Assembly (NCBI GenBank): GCA_958295675.1
Contig: OY282360.1
Coordinates: 261,466-325,465 of the forward strand
Origin: Minisyncoccota bacterium
GTDB taxonomy: Bacteria > Patescibacteriota > Minisyncoccia > Phycocordibacterales > JABAAK01
DNA: 64,000 nt
Direction of reading: 5' to 3'
Positions 1 through 10,400 of this stretch are shown piece by piece. The translations under genes and the position numbers were made by a program. Each line of letters starts with the position of its first letter. Within the stretch, counting starts at the first letter, position 1. A model generated the notes under the pieces. That model was not told the origin of the DNA, searched no databases, and worked only from the letters and a program-made list of their open reading frames with translations.

Positions 1-1
1 G

Positions 2-592
2 GTGGAAGTGCCGGGCAGAGTCGCGCTCAATGAAGCGATTGAAATCACAAAATTATTTCTGAACAACAGTGCCCGCAAATTTATCAACGGTGTACTCGGC
101 GCGATTTACCTTGAGGTGAAAGACCCGAATGAGGATGAGTATGTGCCGAAGAAACTGAAGCACAAGAAATCAGTCGGCGGCGTCGTGTTCAAAACAGGGG
201 ATGATAACAAGGTGCAGTTCGCGTTTGTGCACGATGTGTTCGGCAAATGGACACTTTCAAAAGGAGGACTTGAAGAAGGCGAGAGCAACGAGGATGGTTT
301 CAAACGGATCATCAAGGATGAGATCGGTATTGATGTGGAAGCACTTGAGAAGATAGGATCAAACGCGTATATCGCACACCCTCCGGACGGCGCGATACGC
401 AAAGAAGTATCGTACATGCTCGGCAGGACGAATGACAAAGAACTGAACCTGAAAGAAACCGGCGGCTTAGATGATACAAAGTGGTTTGACTATGAAGAAG
501 CGAAAAAACTCGCTTTCTATCCGGACCTCAAACAGATTATTTTAGACGGCATGGAAAAGGCGATGCAGGAGTACGCCAAAACGCCGGTGTAA
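2..592 (+). CDS. NusB C-terminal region fused to a NUDIX hydrolase domain (5' partial, continues upstream of window)
   Basis: N-terminal residues '...KFINGVLGAIYLEV' match the conserved NusB C-terminus. Downstream 'GKWTLSKGGLEEGESNEDGFKRIIKDEIGI' fits the Nudix box GX5EX7R..xEExG. The ORF runs open from the window edge. Confidence 0.55.
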   Translation: MEVPGRVALNEAIEITKLFLNNSARKFINGVLGAIYLEVKDPNEDEYVPKKLKHKKSVGGVVFKTGDDNKVQFAFVHDVFGKWTLSKGGLEEGESNEDGFKRIIKDEIGIDVEALEKIGSNAYIAHPPDGAIRKEVSYMLGRTNDKELNLKETGGLDDTKWFDYEEAKKLAFYPDLKQIILDGMEKAMQEYAKTPV

Positions 593-597
593 GTGAT

Positions 598-1317
598 ATG
601 AACGAAAAAACGCGACAGGAAGACACGGAGCCACTGGAACAGGCGGTTGGTCATACATTTACGGATAAACAGTTACTCGCGCAGGCACTCACGCACCGAT
701 CATTTTCAAATGAAAATAACGGCGCGCCGCACAATGAACGACTTGAATTTTTAGGTGATGCGATTCTCCAGTTCGCGACAACAGTTAAGCTGTATCGTCT
801 TTTTCCTGACGAGCCGGAAGGCGCGCTCAGCGTCTATCGCTCGCTGGTCGTGAAAACGGATTTTCTTATGCGTGTTGCGGAACGATTGAAACTCAGGGAG
901 CACCTGAGAGTGTCGGAAGGACAGAAAAAGGAAATGCAGAACAGTGCCACGCCGGTGCTTGCCGATGCGGTGGAAGCACTGATTGGCGCGGTATACCTTG
1001 ACGGCGGATTAGAATCAGCGGAGAAGTGTGTGGAGACACATATACTCATGAATGTGGAGGAGTATCTGGCGGAAACACCCTTCAGGGATCCGAAGAGCGA
1101 ATTACAGGAATATGCGCAGCGGGAAATGCAGATCACACCGGAATACGAGGTACTGAGTGAGGACGGTCCGGATCATGAAAAGGTATTCACGGTCGGGGTG
1201 ACTGTCGGTGGCGAAACAATCGCGAAAGCGACCGGCAAATCAAAACAGGACGGCGCGCAAAAGGCGGCACAACAGGCGCTTGAGGTGTATAAAAAACAAA
1301 ACGAAGAAACGGCGTAA
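598..1317 (+). CDS. rnc: Ribonuclease III
   Basis: RNase III signature 'ERLEFLGDAIL' with a C-terminal dsRBD-like segment (KVFTVGV..GKSKQDGAQKAAQQALE). The ATG lies 3 nt after the upstream stop, so the gene is operonic. Confidence 0.9.
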   Translation: MNEKTRQEDTEPLEQAVGHTFTDKQLLAQALTHRSFSNENNGAPHNERLEFLGDAILQFATTVKLYRLFPDEPEGALSVYRSLVVKTDFLMRVAERLKLREHLRVSEGQKKEMQNSATPVLADAVEALIGAVYLDGGLESAEKCVETHILMNVEEYLAETPFRDPKSELQEYAQREMQITPEYEVLSEDGPDHEKVFTVGVTVGGETIAKATGKSKQDGAQKAAQQALEVYKKQNEETA

Positions 1318-1454
1318 GTTTCCGTATACATATATGTACAACGGTAGTAATGCCGACGGAAGCGTCCTGATGAACAGGCGTTTGAAAATACGGATGACAA
1401 GAAAAAACAACAAGGAGTGCAGTGTGGAAAAGAACAGAGAGGTAGTAATAAAAA

Positions 1455-1463
1455 ATGTATAAT
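1455..1463 (+). promoter_or_regulatory. -10-like TGTATAAT immediately upstream of the 1472 start (possible leaderless transcript)
   Basis: TATAAT at 1458-1463 is only 8 nt from the ATG at 1472. No Shine-Dalgarno sequence lies between them. Confidence 0.3.
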
Positions 1464-1471
1464 ACACGCAC

Positions 1472-2758
1472 ATGAAGATTAGTATCATCGTTCCATCCGT
1501 TATCGCAGTTCTGCTCGTTCTATCCGCTGCCGGTTGGTATATCACTACACAGTTGGAACGACCAGAAAGAATACTCCTCAGTGCGATCAAGGCAGACAAC
1601 TTAGATCTCTACGATGCGTTTAAGAGTATGGAAGTAAGTGCTGATGTAACACTATCAGCAGCAACGGACATGCTGACACAAGAAGACAGGGAAGCAATCG
1701 CGTTTTTGAGCGAATTTGTGAATGGTGTGAAAGAAGAAGTGCCGGATCCGCTGACCGCACAGGTATCGTTTGATTTTACGGAGGAATTGGAAAAAGGGTG
1801 GGCAAGTAATCCGAGAGGACCGTGGACGAACAGCGAGGGCAACCTGACGCTTGCGACAAATCTGATTGAGCAGGGAGAACTTTCAGTGGATGTGCGCTCA
1901 GTCGGCGACACCGGAGAACTATTTTTCCGTCTTGCTGAATCACCGGACTTTGTGATTACCGAACTGAAAAACATGGTGGATGCCGTCCGTGGTGTATGGG
2001 TTGAGGCGGACATACCCGACGATCTGAAAGCAATGCTGCTGGCAGAAGAGAACAATCTTTCGAAAACAGAAATGAAGATGGTACAGGATGCGTTGAACGA
2101 TTTCCTGACGGCATTGGTTAAGAATCGCGTACTTGTGCTGGAATTCAGTGAAAACAGTGAACCTGATGAACGCACCATCTCATACCGTGTGGATTTGCTC
2201 GCGCTGAAAAAAATACTGAAGAAAGAGAAAGAGAGAGCAAGGAAGCAGGTATTGAAACCGTTGGCGAAAATAATAGTGATAATGGATAACGCCGCTGAGC
2301 GCAGATTCTCCGGCAATTCACAGACAAATGAAAATCTGGATCAACAAATTGACGAAGTGTATGAAGATATCGTATTGGAACTGACGAGAGAACACGGCAG
2401 TGTGCTGAGATTCATAGAAAAATACCATAACGATATAGCGATAACGGGTACGATTGACATACGCACAGACACCTATGTATCGGATATCCTTACGATTGCG
2501 ATTGCGCTGGATCTGAAAGGTCTGACAGATGATAAGGAGTTCGCGGAAGAACCCTTTGACGGCACGCTTGATATTGCCATCAGTGTATCGCTCTCCGAGA
2601 AAGGTATCACAATTCAAAAACCGGAAGATGCACAGCGTCTTTCCGAACTCAGAGAGTTTCAAAGTTTGTGGGCCGGCATTATTTTCACACTCGCGCTGCG
2701 CGCGCAACAGGGAGGTGCATTTCCAAACACGACCGAAGGAGATATCTTCTTCCCGTAG
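1472..2758 (+). CDS. Hypothetical protein with N-terminal membrane anchor or signal (428 aa)
   Basis: Hydrophobic N-terminus 'ISIIVPSVIAVLLVLSAAGWYI'. Long ORF with normal composition and no motif I recognise. Confidence 0.55.
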   Translation: MKISIIVPSVIAVLLVLSAAGWYITTQLERPERILLSAIKADNLDLYDAFKSMEVSADVTLSAATDMLTQEDREAIAFLSEFVNGVKEEVPDPLTAQVSFDFTEELEKGWASNPRGPWTNSEGNLTLATNLIEQGELSVDVRSVGDTGELFFRLAESPDFVITELKNMVDAVRGVWVEADIPDDLKAMLLAEENNLSKTEMKMVQDALNDFLTALVKNRVLVLEFSENSEPDERTISYRVDLLALKKILKKEKERARKQVLKPLAKIIVIMDNAAERRFSGNSQTNENLDQQIDEVYEDIVLELTREHGSVLRFIEKYHNDIAITGTIDIRTDTYVSDILTIAIALDLKGLTDDKEFAEEPFDGTLDIAISVSLSEKGITIQKPEDAQRLSELREFQSLWAGIIFTLALRAQQGGAFPNTTEGDIFFP

Positions 2759-2889
2759 CAGTCAACAAACATGACAGGATTGTGTCGGAATTAAAAACAA
2801 TGTGAAGGTATATCGTACCTCCGGCATTATCAACATCTCGCGCGACTGTCACCCGAACATGTCATTTGTTCGTGATACAGTAAAAATAT

Positions 2890-4353
2890 ATGTGTGGCGT
2901 TATAGGGCATCTTGGTCGTGGTTCTTCCGGTCAGATTCTCGCGAAAGCATTACCCGGTTTTTTTCATCGCGGGTTTGATTCTGCGGCGATAGTAACGGTT
3001 GATGCGGACGGATGCACACACACAAAGAACGATATACAGCCGACGGCACATCAGGAGATAGCGGCGGATGCACTGCGCGGACAGATGGGGATAGCACACA
3101 ATCGATATACCACCACCGGCTCGGCAATAAGCACGGCAGAACGACAGCCGTTTGTATTTGAGCGCGACGGCATCTCGCTCGTCTTTGCGCATAACGGCAA
3201 CATGGTAGACACGGAAGAATGCCGCGCGGTACTGCATGCGAAGGGATATACGATCCGTTCGCAGTCAGATTCAGAATTGCTCGGTCTCACATTCTTTGAC
3301 GCGTATCTGCACTCAGAAAAAGACACGGTGGAAGAGAAAGTGTACGACGCGGTTGCCGCGGTGCATATGGCGTGCGATGATGCGTACTCGGTTGTCTGTG
3401 CGCTGCGCGATGTCGGATTGATCGCATTCCGCGACCCGCACGGCATCCGTCCGCTGGTTGTTATGCGTCATACGCAGACAGACGATTGGATCGTGGCAAG
3501 CGAGGACGCACCGCTCCGCGCGCAGGGTTTTGATCTTGTCGGTGATGTCGCGCCCGGAGAGGCGGTCATCATCAACACCGCTACCGCCGCGACGCCAAGC
3601 GGGCATCAGCACATAGTCAGCAGAAGACAATGCGCGTCTCATCCGGAACATGTGCCGTGCGCTCTTGAGTATGTTTACCTCGCCCGTGCGGATTCCGTCA
3701 TAAACGGCATATCTGTCCGTGCCGCGCGTCGCGCACTCGGCAGAGCGCTCGGAAAGCATTTGTCAGAGACGATTCCGTTCCGCCCGGACTGTGTCGTGCC
3801 GATTCCGTCCACACCGTGTGATGCGGCAAGGGAAGTTGCCGATGTTCTCGGTGTGCCGTATGTAGAGGGGCTGATAAAAAAGCCAAAAAAGATGCGAACA
3901 TTCATACTGCCGTATAACAGGTTTAAGGCGGTGCAGGAAAAGTTCCGCATAGATATTGAATCGTTGAAAGGAAAGCGTGTACTGCTCGTGGATGATTCTA
4001 TCGTCAGAGGTAACACAATTAGAGGTGTTATGGAACTTCTGAAAAGCGCCGGATGCGGAGAGGTATACATCGCGGCATGCTCGCCGCCGGTAAAATACCA
4101 GAATGTATACGGCATCTCCATACCAACCACCACGGAACTTGTGGCAAATCAGTATCCTGATACAGCCGACCGCGCGGCATACCTCAATGTGGACGGGATT
4201 CTGCATATCCCCGATGATGTATTTATTGATGTATTCACCGCCCTTTCCGACAAGATTGAAAAGTTTGATTTCTCGTCATTCTTCGGAGAATATATAACCC
4301 CGACCGTGACGGACACCTATCTCAGACGATTGGAGGAAAATATGCAACGATGA
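2890..4353 (+). CDS. purF: Amidophosphoribosyltransferase-like (class II glutamine amidotransferase + PRTase)
   Basis: Starts 'MCGVIG' (Ntn Cys nucleophile). 'HNRYTTTGS' matches the PurF HVRYxTxG region. The C-terminal PRTase motif is 'VLLVDDSIVRGNT'. Confidence 0.8.
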   Translation: MCGVIGHLGRGSSGQILAKALPGFFHRGFDSAAIVTVDADGCTHTKNDIQPTAHQEIAADALRGQMGIAHNRYTTTGSAISTAERQPFVFERDGISLVFAHNGNMVDTEECRAVLHAKGYTIRSQSDSELLGLTFFDAYLHSEKDTVEEKVYDAVAAVHMACDDAYSVVCALRDVGLIAFRDPHGIRPLVVMRHTQTDDWIVASEDAPLRAQGFDLVGDVAPGEAVIINTATAATPSGHQHIVSRRQCASHPEHVPCALEYVYLARADSVINGISVRAARRALGRALGKHLSETIPFRPDCVVPIPSTPCDAAREVADVLGVPYVEGLIKKPKKMRTFILPYNRFKAVQEKFRIDIESLKGKRVLLVDDSIVRGNTIRGVMELLKSAGCGEVYIAACSPPVKYQNVYGISIPTTTELVANQYPDTADRAAYLNVDGILHIPDDVFIDVFTALSDKIEKFDFSSFFGEYITPTVTDTYLRRLEENMQR

Positions 4354-4385
4354 GGTCTGAGGTCTGCTCCGCATCCTCGTTCCGA

Positions 4386-5000
4386 TTATGCTAAGACGAA
4401 TTGAACAACAAAAGACAAACAGAGGATAATCAGATAGACGGCGAGGAAAAAGGGAAGAACACACCGGATATTCTTTCTATACAACAGTTGCCGGTCAATG
4501 CGCGGCGGACTGCCGTGCATGTTCGCTTCTTTCGCGCCCGGTACACGCAGCAGCACTAAGATAAATACGATACTTAATAAAGAGAAAACAACGCTGATCG
4601 CGAACAGCCACCAGAACCACTCACCCGTGTCAGGAGCAAACCATTCCACCAAGGCGAGTATGACATTCAGCCAGGAAACAGCGAGGAGCGCGGCAAGCCA
4701 TCCGGACCACCCGATGTCATGCAGCCGCCGTACTGTGAAAGGAATAAGAATGAGAAGCGGGATGAGAATCGGAAAAAAGAAAAGAAAGTGAGACAGCAAC
4801 AGCAGCAACAGTTCGCTGAATACATATTCAAATTTCTCAGATAGGTACGCGGTATACAACGCAAAGTTTTCTGAAACGAACACAAACAGAGAGAGTGCAT
4901 AGAGTAAACAGAGAGGAGCGATACCCAGCAGTGCGGGCAGTAAGTACTCTTTTCTGCTGATCCGACCGCGGAACATGGTTGTAATGAAACGCATACACAT
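4386..5000 (-). CDS. DUF805-family inner membrane protein
   Basis: 'MFRGRISRKEY' N-terminus and 'RRLHDIGWSGW' motif typical of DUF805, with multiple TM helices. I chose the internal start at 5000 because the longer ORF listed to 5534 is antisense to the SMC gene. A TATAAT (revcomp of 5007-5012) sits 6 nt upstream of this ATG. Confidence 0.65.
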   Translation of the reverse strand: MCMRFITTMFRGRISRKEYLLPALLGIAPLCLLYALSLFVFVSENFALYTAYLSEKFEYVFSELLLLLLSHFLFFFPILIPLLILIPFTVRRLHDIGWSGWLAALLAVSWLNVILALVEWFAPDTGEWFWWLFAISVVFSLLSIVFILVLLRVPGAKEANMHGSPPRIDRQLLYRKNIRCVLPFFLAVYLIILCLSFVVQFVLA

Positions 5001-5006
5001 ACTAGT

Positions 5007-5012
5007 ATTATA
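5007..5012 (-). promoter_or_regulatory. -10 TATAAT (minus strand) 6 nt upstream of the DUF805 start
   Basis: Plus-strand 'attata' at 5007-5012 reads TATAAT on the minus strand. It is followed by 'actagt' and then the ATG. Confidence 0.3.
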
Positions 5013-5123
5013 GCGCATGCGGAGAGAGAGGCAGTTCAATAGCGCGACGGCGGTGTCAGGAATATATCCGTAGACGGAACGCAGCACCGCTATTTCGGCG
5101 CAAGTTTTTTCATAGAGAGATGC

Positions 5124-5129
5124 TACAAT
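5124..5129 (+). promoter_or_regulatory. -10-like TACAAT abutting the SMC-like gene start
   Basis: TACAAT overlaps the first ATG (5128). The second in-frame ATG at 5137 gives the canonical SMC start 'MYLKELQIEGFKSF' 7 nt downstream. Confidence 0.3.
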
Positions 5130-5136
5130 GGCGTGT

Positions 5137-7290
5137 ATGTATCTCAAAGAGCTGCAGATAGAAGGGTTTAAGTCATTCGGAAAACCGGTCACATTGTCAT
5201 TCCCGACCCGTATCACGGGCATTGTCGGTCCGAACGGATCAGGCAAGTCAAATGTGACGGAGGCATTCCGCTTCGTGCTGGGCGAACAGTCAATGAAGTC
5301 ACTGCGCGGCAGGCGGGGCGAAGATCTTATCTTCAACGGTGGTGACGGCGCGTCCCGCGCGTCCAAAGCGTCCGTACGCGTTACCTTTGATAACACTGAC
5401 CATACGCTGGACGATTCATTTGATGAGGTAACCGTGTCGCGCACCGTGCGCCGCGACGGTTCAAACGAGTACGCCGTGAACGGGACACAGGTGCGCCATC
5501 GCGATATCGTCGAGATGCTCGCCGGGGTGAACATCGGCGCGACCGGTCATCATATCATTTCACAGGGCGAGGCGGATAGTATTCTCAACGCGAGCCCCGA
5601 GGAGCGAAAAGAAATCTTAGAGGACGGGTTAGGACTGAAACTGCTCCAGTACCGCCGCGCGGAGGCGGAAAAAAAACTGGAACGCGCACGCCAGAACATC
5701 GCGGAAACGGATCTGCTGATCCGAGAGCTGACGCCGCACATGCGCCATCTGAAGCGTCAGGTGGAACGCTACAAAAAAGCGCGAGCCGTCCGCACCGAAT
5801 TGGAATCGCTGTACGCCGACTACCTCGCCCGGGAAACGCGCTACATAGCACAAACCACCGCGGAACTGGAGCCGCGCGAACACGCGCTGGCGCGCCAAAT
5901 GGCGGATGCGGAGAAAAAGGTGTCCGATGAGAAACATAGACGCGCCGGCACGAAAGACGACCTGACACCCCGCATACAACAAACAGAAAAAAAACTGGCG
6001 GCAGTGCGGGAAAAGAAAGATGCCGCGGCACGGGAATTAGGACGGGCGGAAGGCGAACACAGTGCGCTTGAGCGTCTCGGAAACACAAACACGGCGATTG
6101 AGCGGAAAAAGGTATTGGAGCTCAGGGATGACATACAGCACCGCGCGGCAGCGGCAAATCAGGAAGAACGCTCACGCCTCATTGACTACATCATCGGCCG
6201 TCTCACGGCGTTTCTCAAAACAGACGGTATAAACAGCGCAGCGCAGCGGCACGACGGCGATGCGATACGGAAAGAACAGGAGACCCTGCGGAAGACACTG
6301 GAACGCCTGAGTAAAGAAGAACAGGAGATTACCGCCGAACGCGACCGTCTGCGCGAACAACAGGAGGAGCGGATAGGCGAGATGCGGAAGTCGGAATCCG
6401 CGGTCATCGCCCTGATGGATGAAAAAGCGAAAGCGGAGCGGGAACTGTCCGACACGCGCCGCCGCCTCGCTGTGCTCAGGGAGGATGAAACGCAGTTGCG
6501 CCGCGAACTGGAGGAAGGTGCGGTACTCGTCGGTCCGAACATCTACGCGTACAAGGAGAAAAAAGTCCCGGAAACCGAGCAGCCGGAAAAGCGTGAAAAA
6601 CAGAAAGAGCGGCAGCGCCAACTGGAGCGAAAAAAAATACAACTGGAAACTATAGGGACGGACAGCGGCGAGGATGCTTTCAAAGAGCACGATGAGGTGA
6701 AGGAGCGAATGGATTTCCTCACCCGCGAGAAGGACGATCTGCTGAAAAGTATCGCCGACTGCGAGCAATGCATCAAACGCGTGCAAAAAGAGGTAGACAG
6801 CAGGTTCGCGGAGGGTATAAAAAAGATAAGCGGGGAGTTTGAAAGTTTTTTCAAAATCCTGTTCGGCGGCGGCACTGCGGCAATTATCACAGAAAAAACA
6901 AAAATAGAGAAAGACAACGGTGAAACGGAAGAGCGCATCGGCGTGGAGGTGAAAGTATCGCTCCCGAGAAAAAAAATCCGTTCGCTGAGCCAACTCTCCG
7001 GCGGCGAGCGAGCACTGGTTTCAATAGCACTCCTGTTCGCCATATCACAGGTGACGCCGCCACCGTTCCTCGTGCTGGACGAGACGGATGCCGCGCTGGA
7101 CGAGGCGAATTCACGACGGTACGCGTCCATCATTGAGGTGCTGGCGAAGCGTTCGCAATTAATACTTGTCACGCACAATAGGGAAACAATGCACTGTGCC
7201 GGCGCGCTCTACGGCATCACCATGAACGCGGCAGGTATCTCAACACTTCTGTCGGTGCAGTTTGACGAAGCGGTGCAGGTGGCGAAGTAA
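5137..7290 (+). CDS. smc: Short SMC-family ATPase (chromosome segregation SMC-like protein, about 717 aa)
   Basis: Walker A 'GPNGSGKSN'. Extended charged coiled-coil region. C-terminal ABC signature and Walker B 'LSGGERALVSIALLFAI...LVLDETDAALD', very close to canonical SMC. It is much shorter than typical SMC (about 1180 aa). The start could alternatively be 5128. Confidence 0.7.
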   Translation: MYLKELQIEGFKSFGKPVTLSFPTRITGIVGPNGSGKSNVTEAFRFVLGEQSMKSLRGRRGEDLIFNGGDGASRASKASVRVTFDNTDHTLDDSFDEVTVSRTVRRDGSNEYAVNGTQVRHRDIVEMLAGVNIGATGHHIISQGEADSILNASPEERKEILEDGLGLKLLQYRRAEAEKKLERARQNIAETDLLIRELTPHMRHLKRQVERYKKARAVRTELESLYADYLARETRYIAQTTAELEPREHALARQMADAEKKVSDEKHRRAGTKDDLTPRIQQTEKKLAAVREKKDAAARELGRAEGEHSALERLGNTNTAIERKKVLELRDDIQHRAAAANQEERSRLIDYIIGRLTAFLKTDGINSAAQRHDGDAIRKEQETLRKTLERLSKEEQEITAERDRLREQQEERIGEMRKSESAVIALMDEKAKAERELSDTRRRLAVLREDETQLRRELEEGAVLVGPNIYAYKEKKVPETEQPEKREKQKERQRQLERKKIQLETIGTDSGEDAFKEHDEVKERMDFLTREKDDLLKSIADCEQCIKRVQKEVDSRFAEGIKKISGEFESFFKILFGGGTAAIITEKTKIEKDNGETEERIGVEVKVSLPRKKIRSLSQLSGGERALVSIALLFAISQVTPPPFLVLDETDAALDEANSRRYASIIEVLAKRSQLILVTHNRETMHCAGALYGITMNAAGISTLLSVQFDEAVQVAK

Positions 7291-7400
7291 CAAGGAACAT
7301 GCAATCGGAAAGAAAAGTTATTAACACGGCGTGAAGTGAGCAAAGGCGGATTAAAGTATACTAAAATTATTAATCTATATAAAATAGATGAGTACTTGTT

Positions 7401-10400
7401 ATGTATATAACGCAAAATATTTTTTGGTCAAGAGCGACGGCATGGTGTGTCTCAATTGCAATGTTGTTTTCAGTAGTCGGTCCGGCAACACATGCGCAAA
7501 CACAACAGGAACCGCCGGAGCAACAGGCAGAAGCACCGCCGGAGCGTGTGTCGGACGATGATGAAGAGGAAGAAGAACCTGCAGAGCAGGAGGAAGAACA
7601 AGAGGAAGATGAGGAAGAGGAAGTAGTACCGACGGCAACACTTAGCGGTCTCACGGTCTCAGAAACCAATCTCAACGAGCCGTTTGACGCGGAGACAACT
7701 GCCTACACTGCCGATGTAGCGAACACTATTGAAACAGTAACCGTCAGCGCTACACCGACGGACGACACCGCGACGGTCACCTACGATCCGACCGATGCCG
7801 ACACGGAAGAAGAGGGACATCAGATCGCGCTCACGGAAGGGGAGAATACGGTAACGGCGGAGGATGCCGCCGCAACACAGACCTACATCCTGACGGTGAC
7901 CAGAGCTGCGGAAGAAGAACCTGTAGAGGAAGAGAGTGAACCCGAGGGTGACGATGCTACTGAACCCGCCGATGACACGACAAATGAGCAGGCGGATGAC
8001 GAAGAGGAGGAATCAAACGAAGATGGAGAGGAAGAAGGTGAGGAGGAAAACGAAGAACAGGAGGAGAGTGAAGAGGAAGAAGAACCTGTAGAGCAGGAGG
8101 AAGAGGAACAAGAAGAAACAATAACACCACCAACGCTCAACGGTCTCACGGTTTCGGACACCAATCTCAACGAACCGTTTGACGCGGAGACAACTACCTA
8201 CACCGTTGATGTAGCAAATGACATTGAGAATGTGACAGTCACACCTACCGCAGACGATACGATGACAGTAGCATTCACTGACACAACGGATACCGACACG
8301 GAAGAAGAGGGGCATCAGGTCGCGCTCACGGTTGGGGAGAATACGGTAACGATAACAGTCACCGCACAAGACGGGGTAACTGCACAAACTTACATCCTAA
8401 CAATCACCAGAGCCGCCGAGGAATCTGAACATGAAGATGAAGAAGAGACAGAGGAAGAACAGGAAACACCGGAACCGACTGTGGAGCCGGCACCAGAACA
8501 ATCACAACCGGAAGCACAACGACAGCAGGCGCAACTTCCTGATGACGATACCTCGGATACGCAGGCAAATCCGAACGGTCCCCTCCTCATCGCACTAAAA
8601 CCGTCGTCCGACTCACACCGCCACGGCACCATCACCGCGGTAACGGCACTCCCCGGATCACCGACAACCGGCACGGTGATTCGGTTCACCGCATCAGCAT
8701 CATCGCTGGCGAACACGGTGGACACTGACGGCAGTACCGCAAAAACAACCGCGGCGGCAAACGACATGTTCCAGTACAACGACACCAAGTGGGTCTTTAT
8801 GGGAAACGGTGCCACCACGGTGGGCATCAGTTCGGATGTGGACGGGATTACGAATGACGATACACCGACCTTTGTGGTAAAAAGTGCTGACGGCAACACC
8901 TTCGGCGGCGGCAGAGACGATGAAGCGTTTATCGCGAAGCACGCCGGAGCATGTTCTTCGGTGACAATACCAAATAACAGTCTCAACGGTCTTAATCGGA
9001 ATCATGCTGAATATATTTTTAGATCCAGAAGCGGTTGGACAGAAATTGACAGTTTTGATATGGACCTGGATCGGGGAGGTTACAGTGCCGCAGCATCGTT
9101 TGAATTAACATCGGATGAACTTACCGCTGGAAAATACTGTTTCATTGCTTTTTACACTGATAATGGACGAGCAACAGCAAATACTAGTACCGGTCTTACG
9201 GTGACTATAGATAATTCCATAACCACACCGTCACTCAGCATATCCTCCGGCACCGGCACCGCGACACCGACGGTCACTGTTACCAACCTTGAGAATAATG
9301 CCAAAGTGCGTCTCTACACCAGTAGTAACTGCAGCACCGGCACCGCACTCGGTAGTGGCGACACCACAGTAGGAGCGTCAACCAGGGTGAACATTGATTT
9401 GACTGGACGGTCTGTCGGTGACATCTTTTACGCAAAACACACCGATGTCGCAGGTAACACGGCTTGCCGCAGCGGGGTGACGAATATTCCAGGATTGACA
9501 CTTGATCTCACCTCCGACACCGGCACTGACACCACCGACGACCATACAAGCGACACTACACCAGAGTTTACAGTGACCGGATCAACCGCATACGGCGGCT
9601 CAGCGAATAACGAAGTACGCCTCTATCATAAGAACACCGCCTGCGGCACCCTCCCGCCTGTCACGACAATCGCCGGTCTCACCGGATGGACACTCTACAA
9701 AACAACCGATGTCTCCGCTTCCTCCGTCACCTCCACAGCCGGTATCACCTCCGGCACCGCGCTGACCACCGCCGATGAGCACTGCTTCCTTGCTGTTTAC
9801 TCAGCCGACGGCTCGGCGATAACACGATACGGACAGTTGGATGTCGTTATAGACACCACCGCACCGACAATCATCCCACACATCTCACCGTCGCTGCCAT
9901 CAGGCACACCGACAAAGTTCTCGCATGCCGGTGATGTTGCGGTACCATTGGATGATTGGGAGTTCTTCGGCTCCACCGTATCTCTCTCCGCGGACGGCAC
10001 CCTCATGGCAGTTGGTGCGTCACGCGATGATGATGGTGGTACCGACAGCAACAGAGGCGCGGTGTACCTCTTTCAAAAGACAAATGGCTCCTGGGCGAAG
10101 ACCCTGAAGATCTCTGACAATGGCGGCGGCGAGGGATTACTGGATATCAATTTGAGTGATTATGACTACTTCGGCTCCGCCGTCTCCTTCTCGGGAGACG
10201 GCACCGTACTGGCAGTAGGTGCGGATGGTGACGATGACGGTGCGGTGCACCTCTTTCAAAAAACAAATGGCTCCTGGGCGAAGACCCTGAAGATCTCTGA
10301 CAATGACGGCGGTGAGGGATTACTGGATATCAATTTGGGCGACAATGACAACTTCGGCTCCGCCGTATCTCTCTCCGCGGACGGCACTGCACTGGCAGTG

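Noticed and set aside
1208-1462. Highly basic 84-aa ORF overlapping the end of rnc.
   Set aside because: It overlaps the well-supported rnc frame and the downstream promoter region. Its composition (R/K-rich from an A-rich strand) is typical of spurious ORFs.
4386-5534. Long version of the minus-strand ORF (382 aa) extending to 5534.
   Set aside because: Its N-terminal 180 residues are antisense to the SMC-like gene and have no DUF805 similarity. The family-typical N-terminus 'MFRGRISRKEY' and a TATAAT box support the internal start at 5000.
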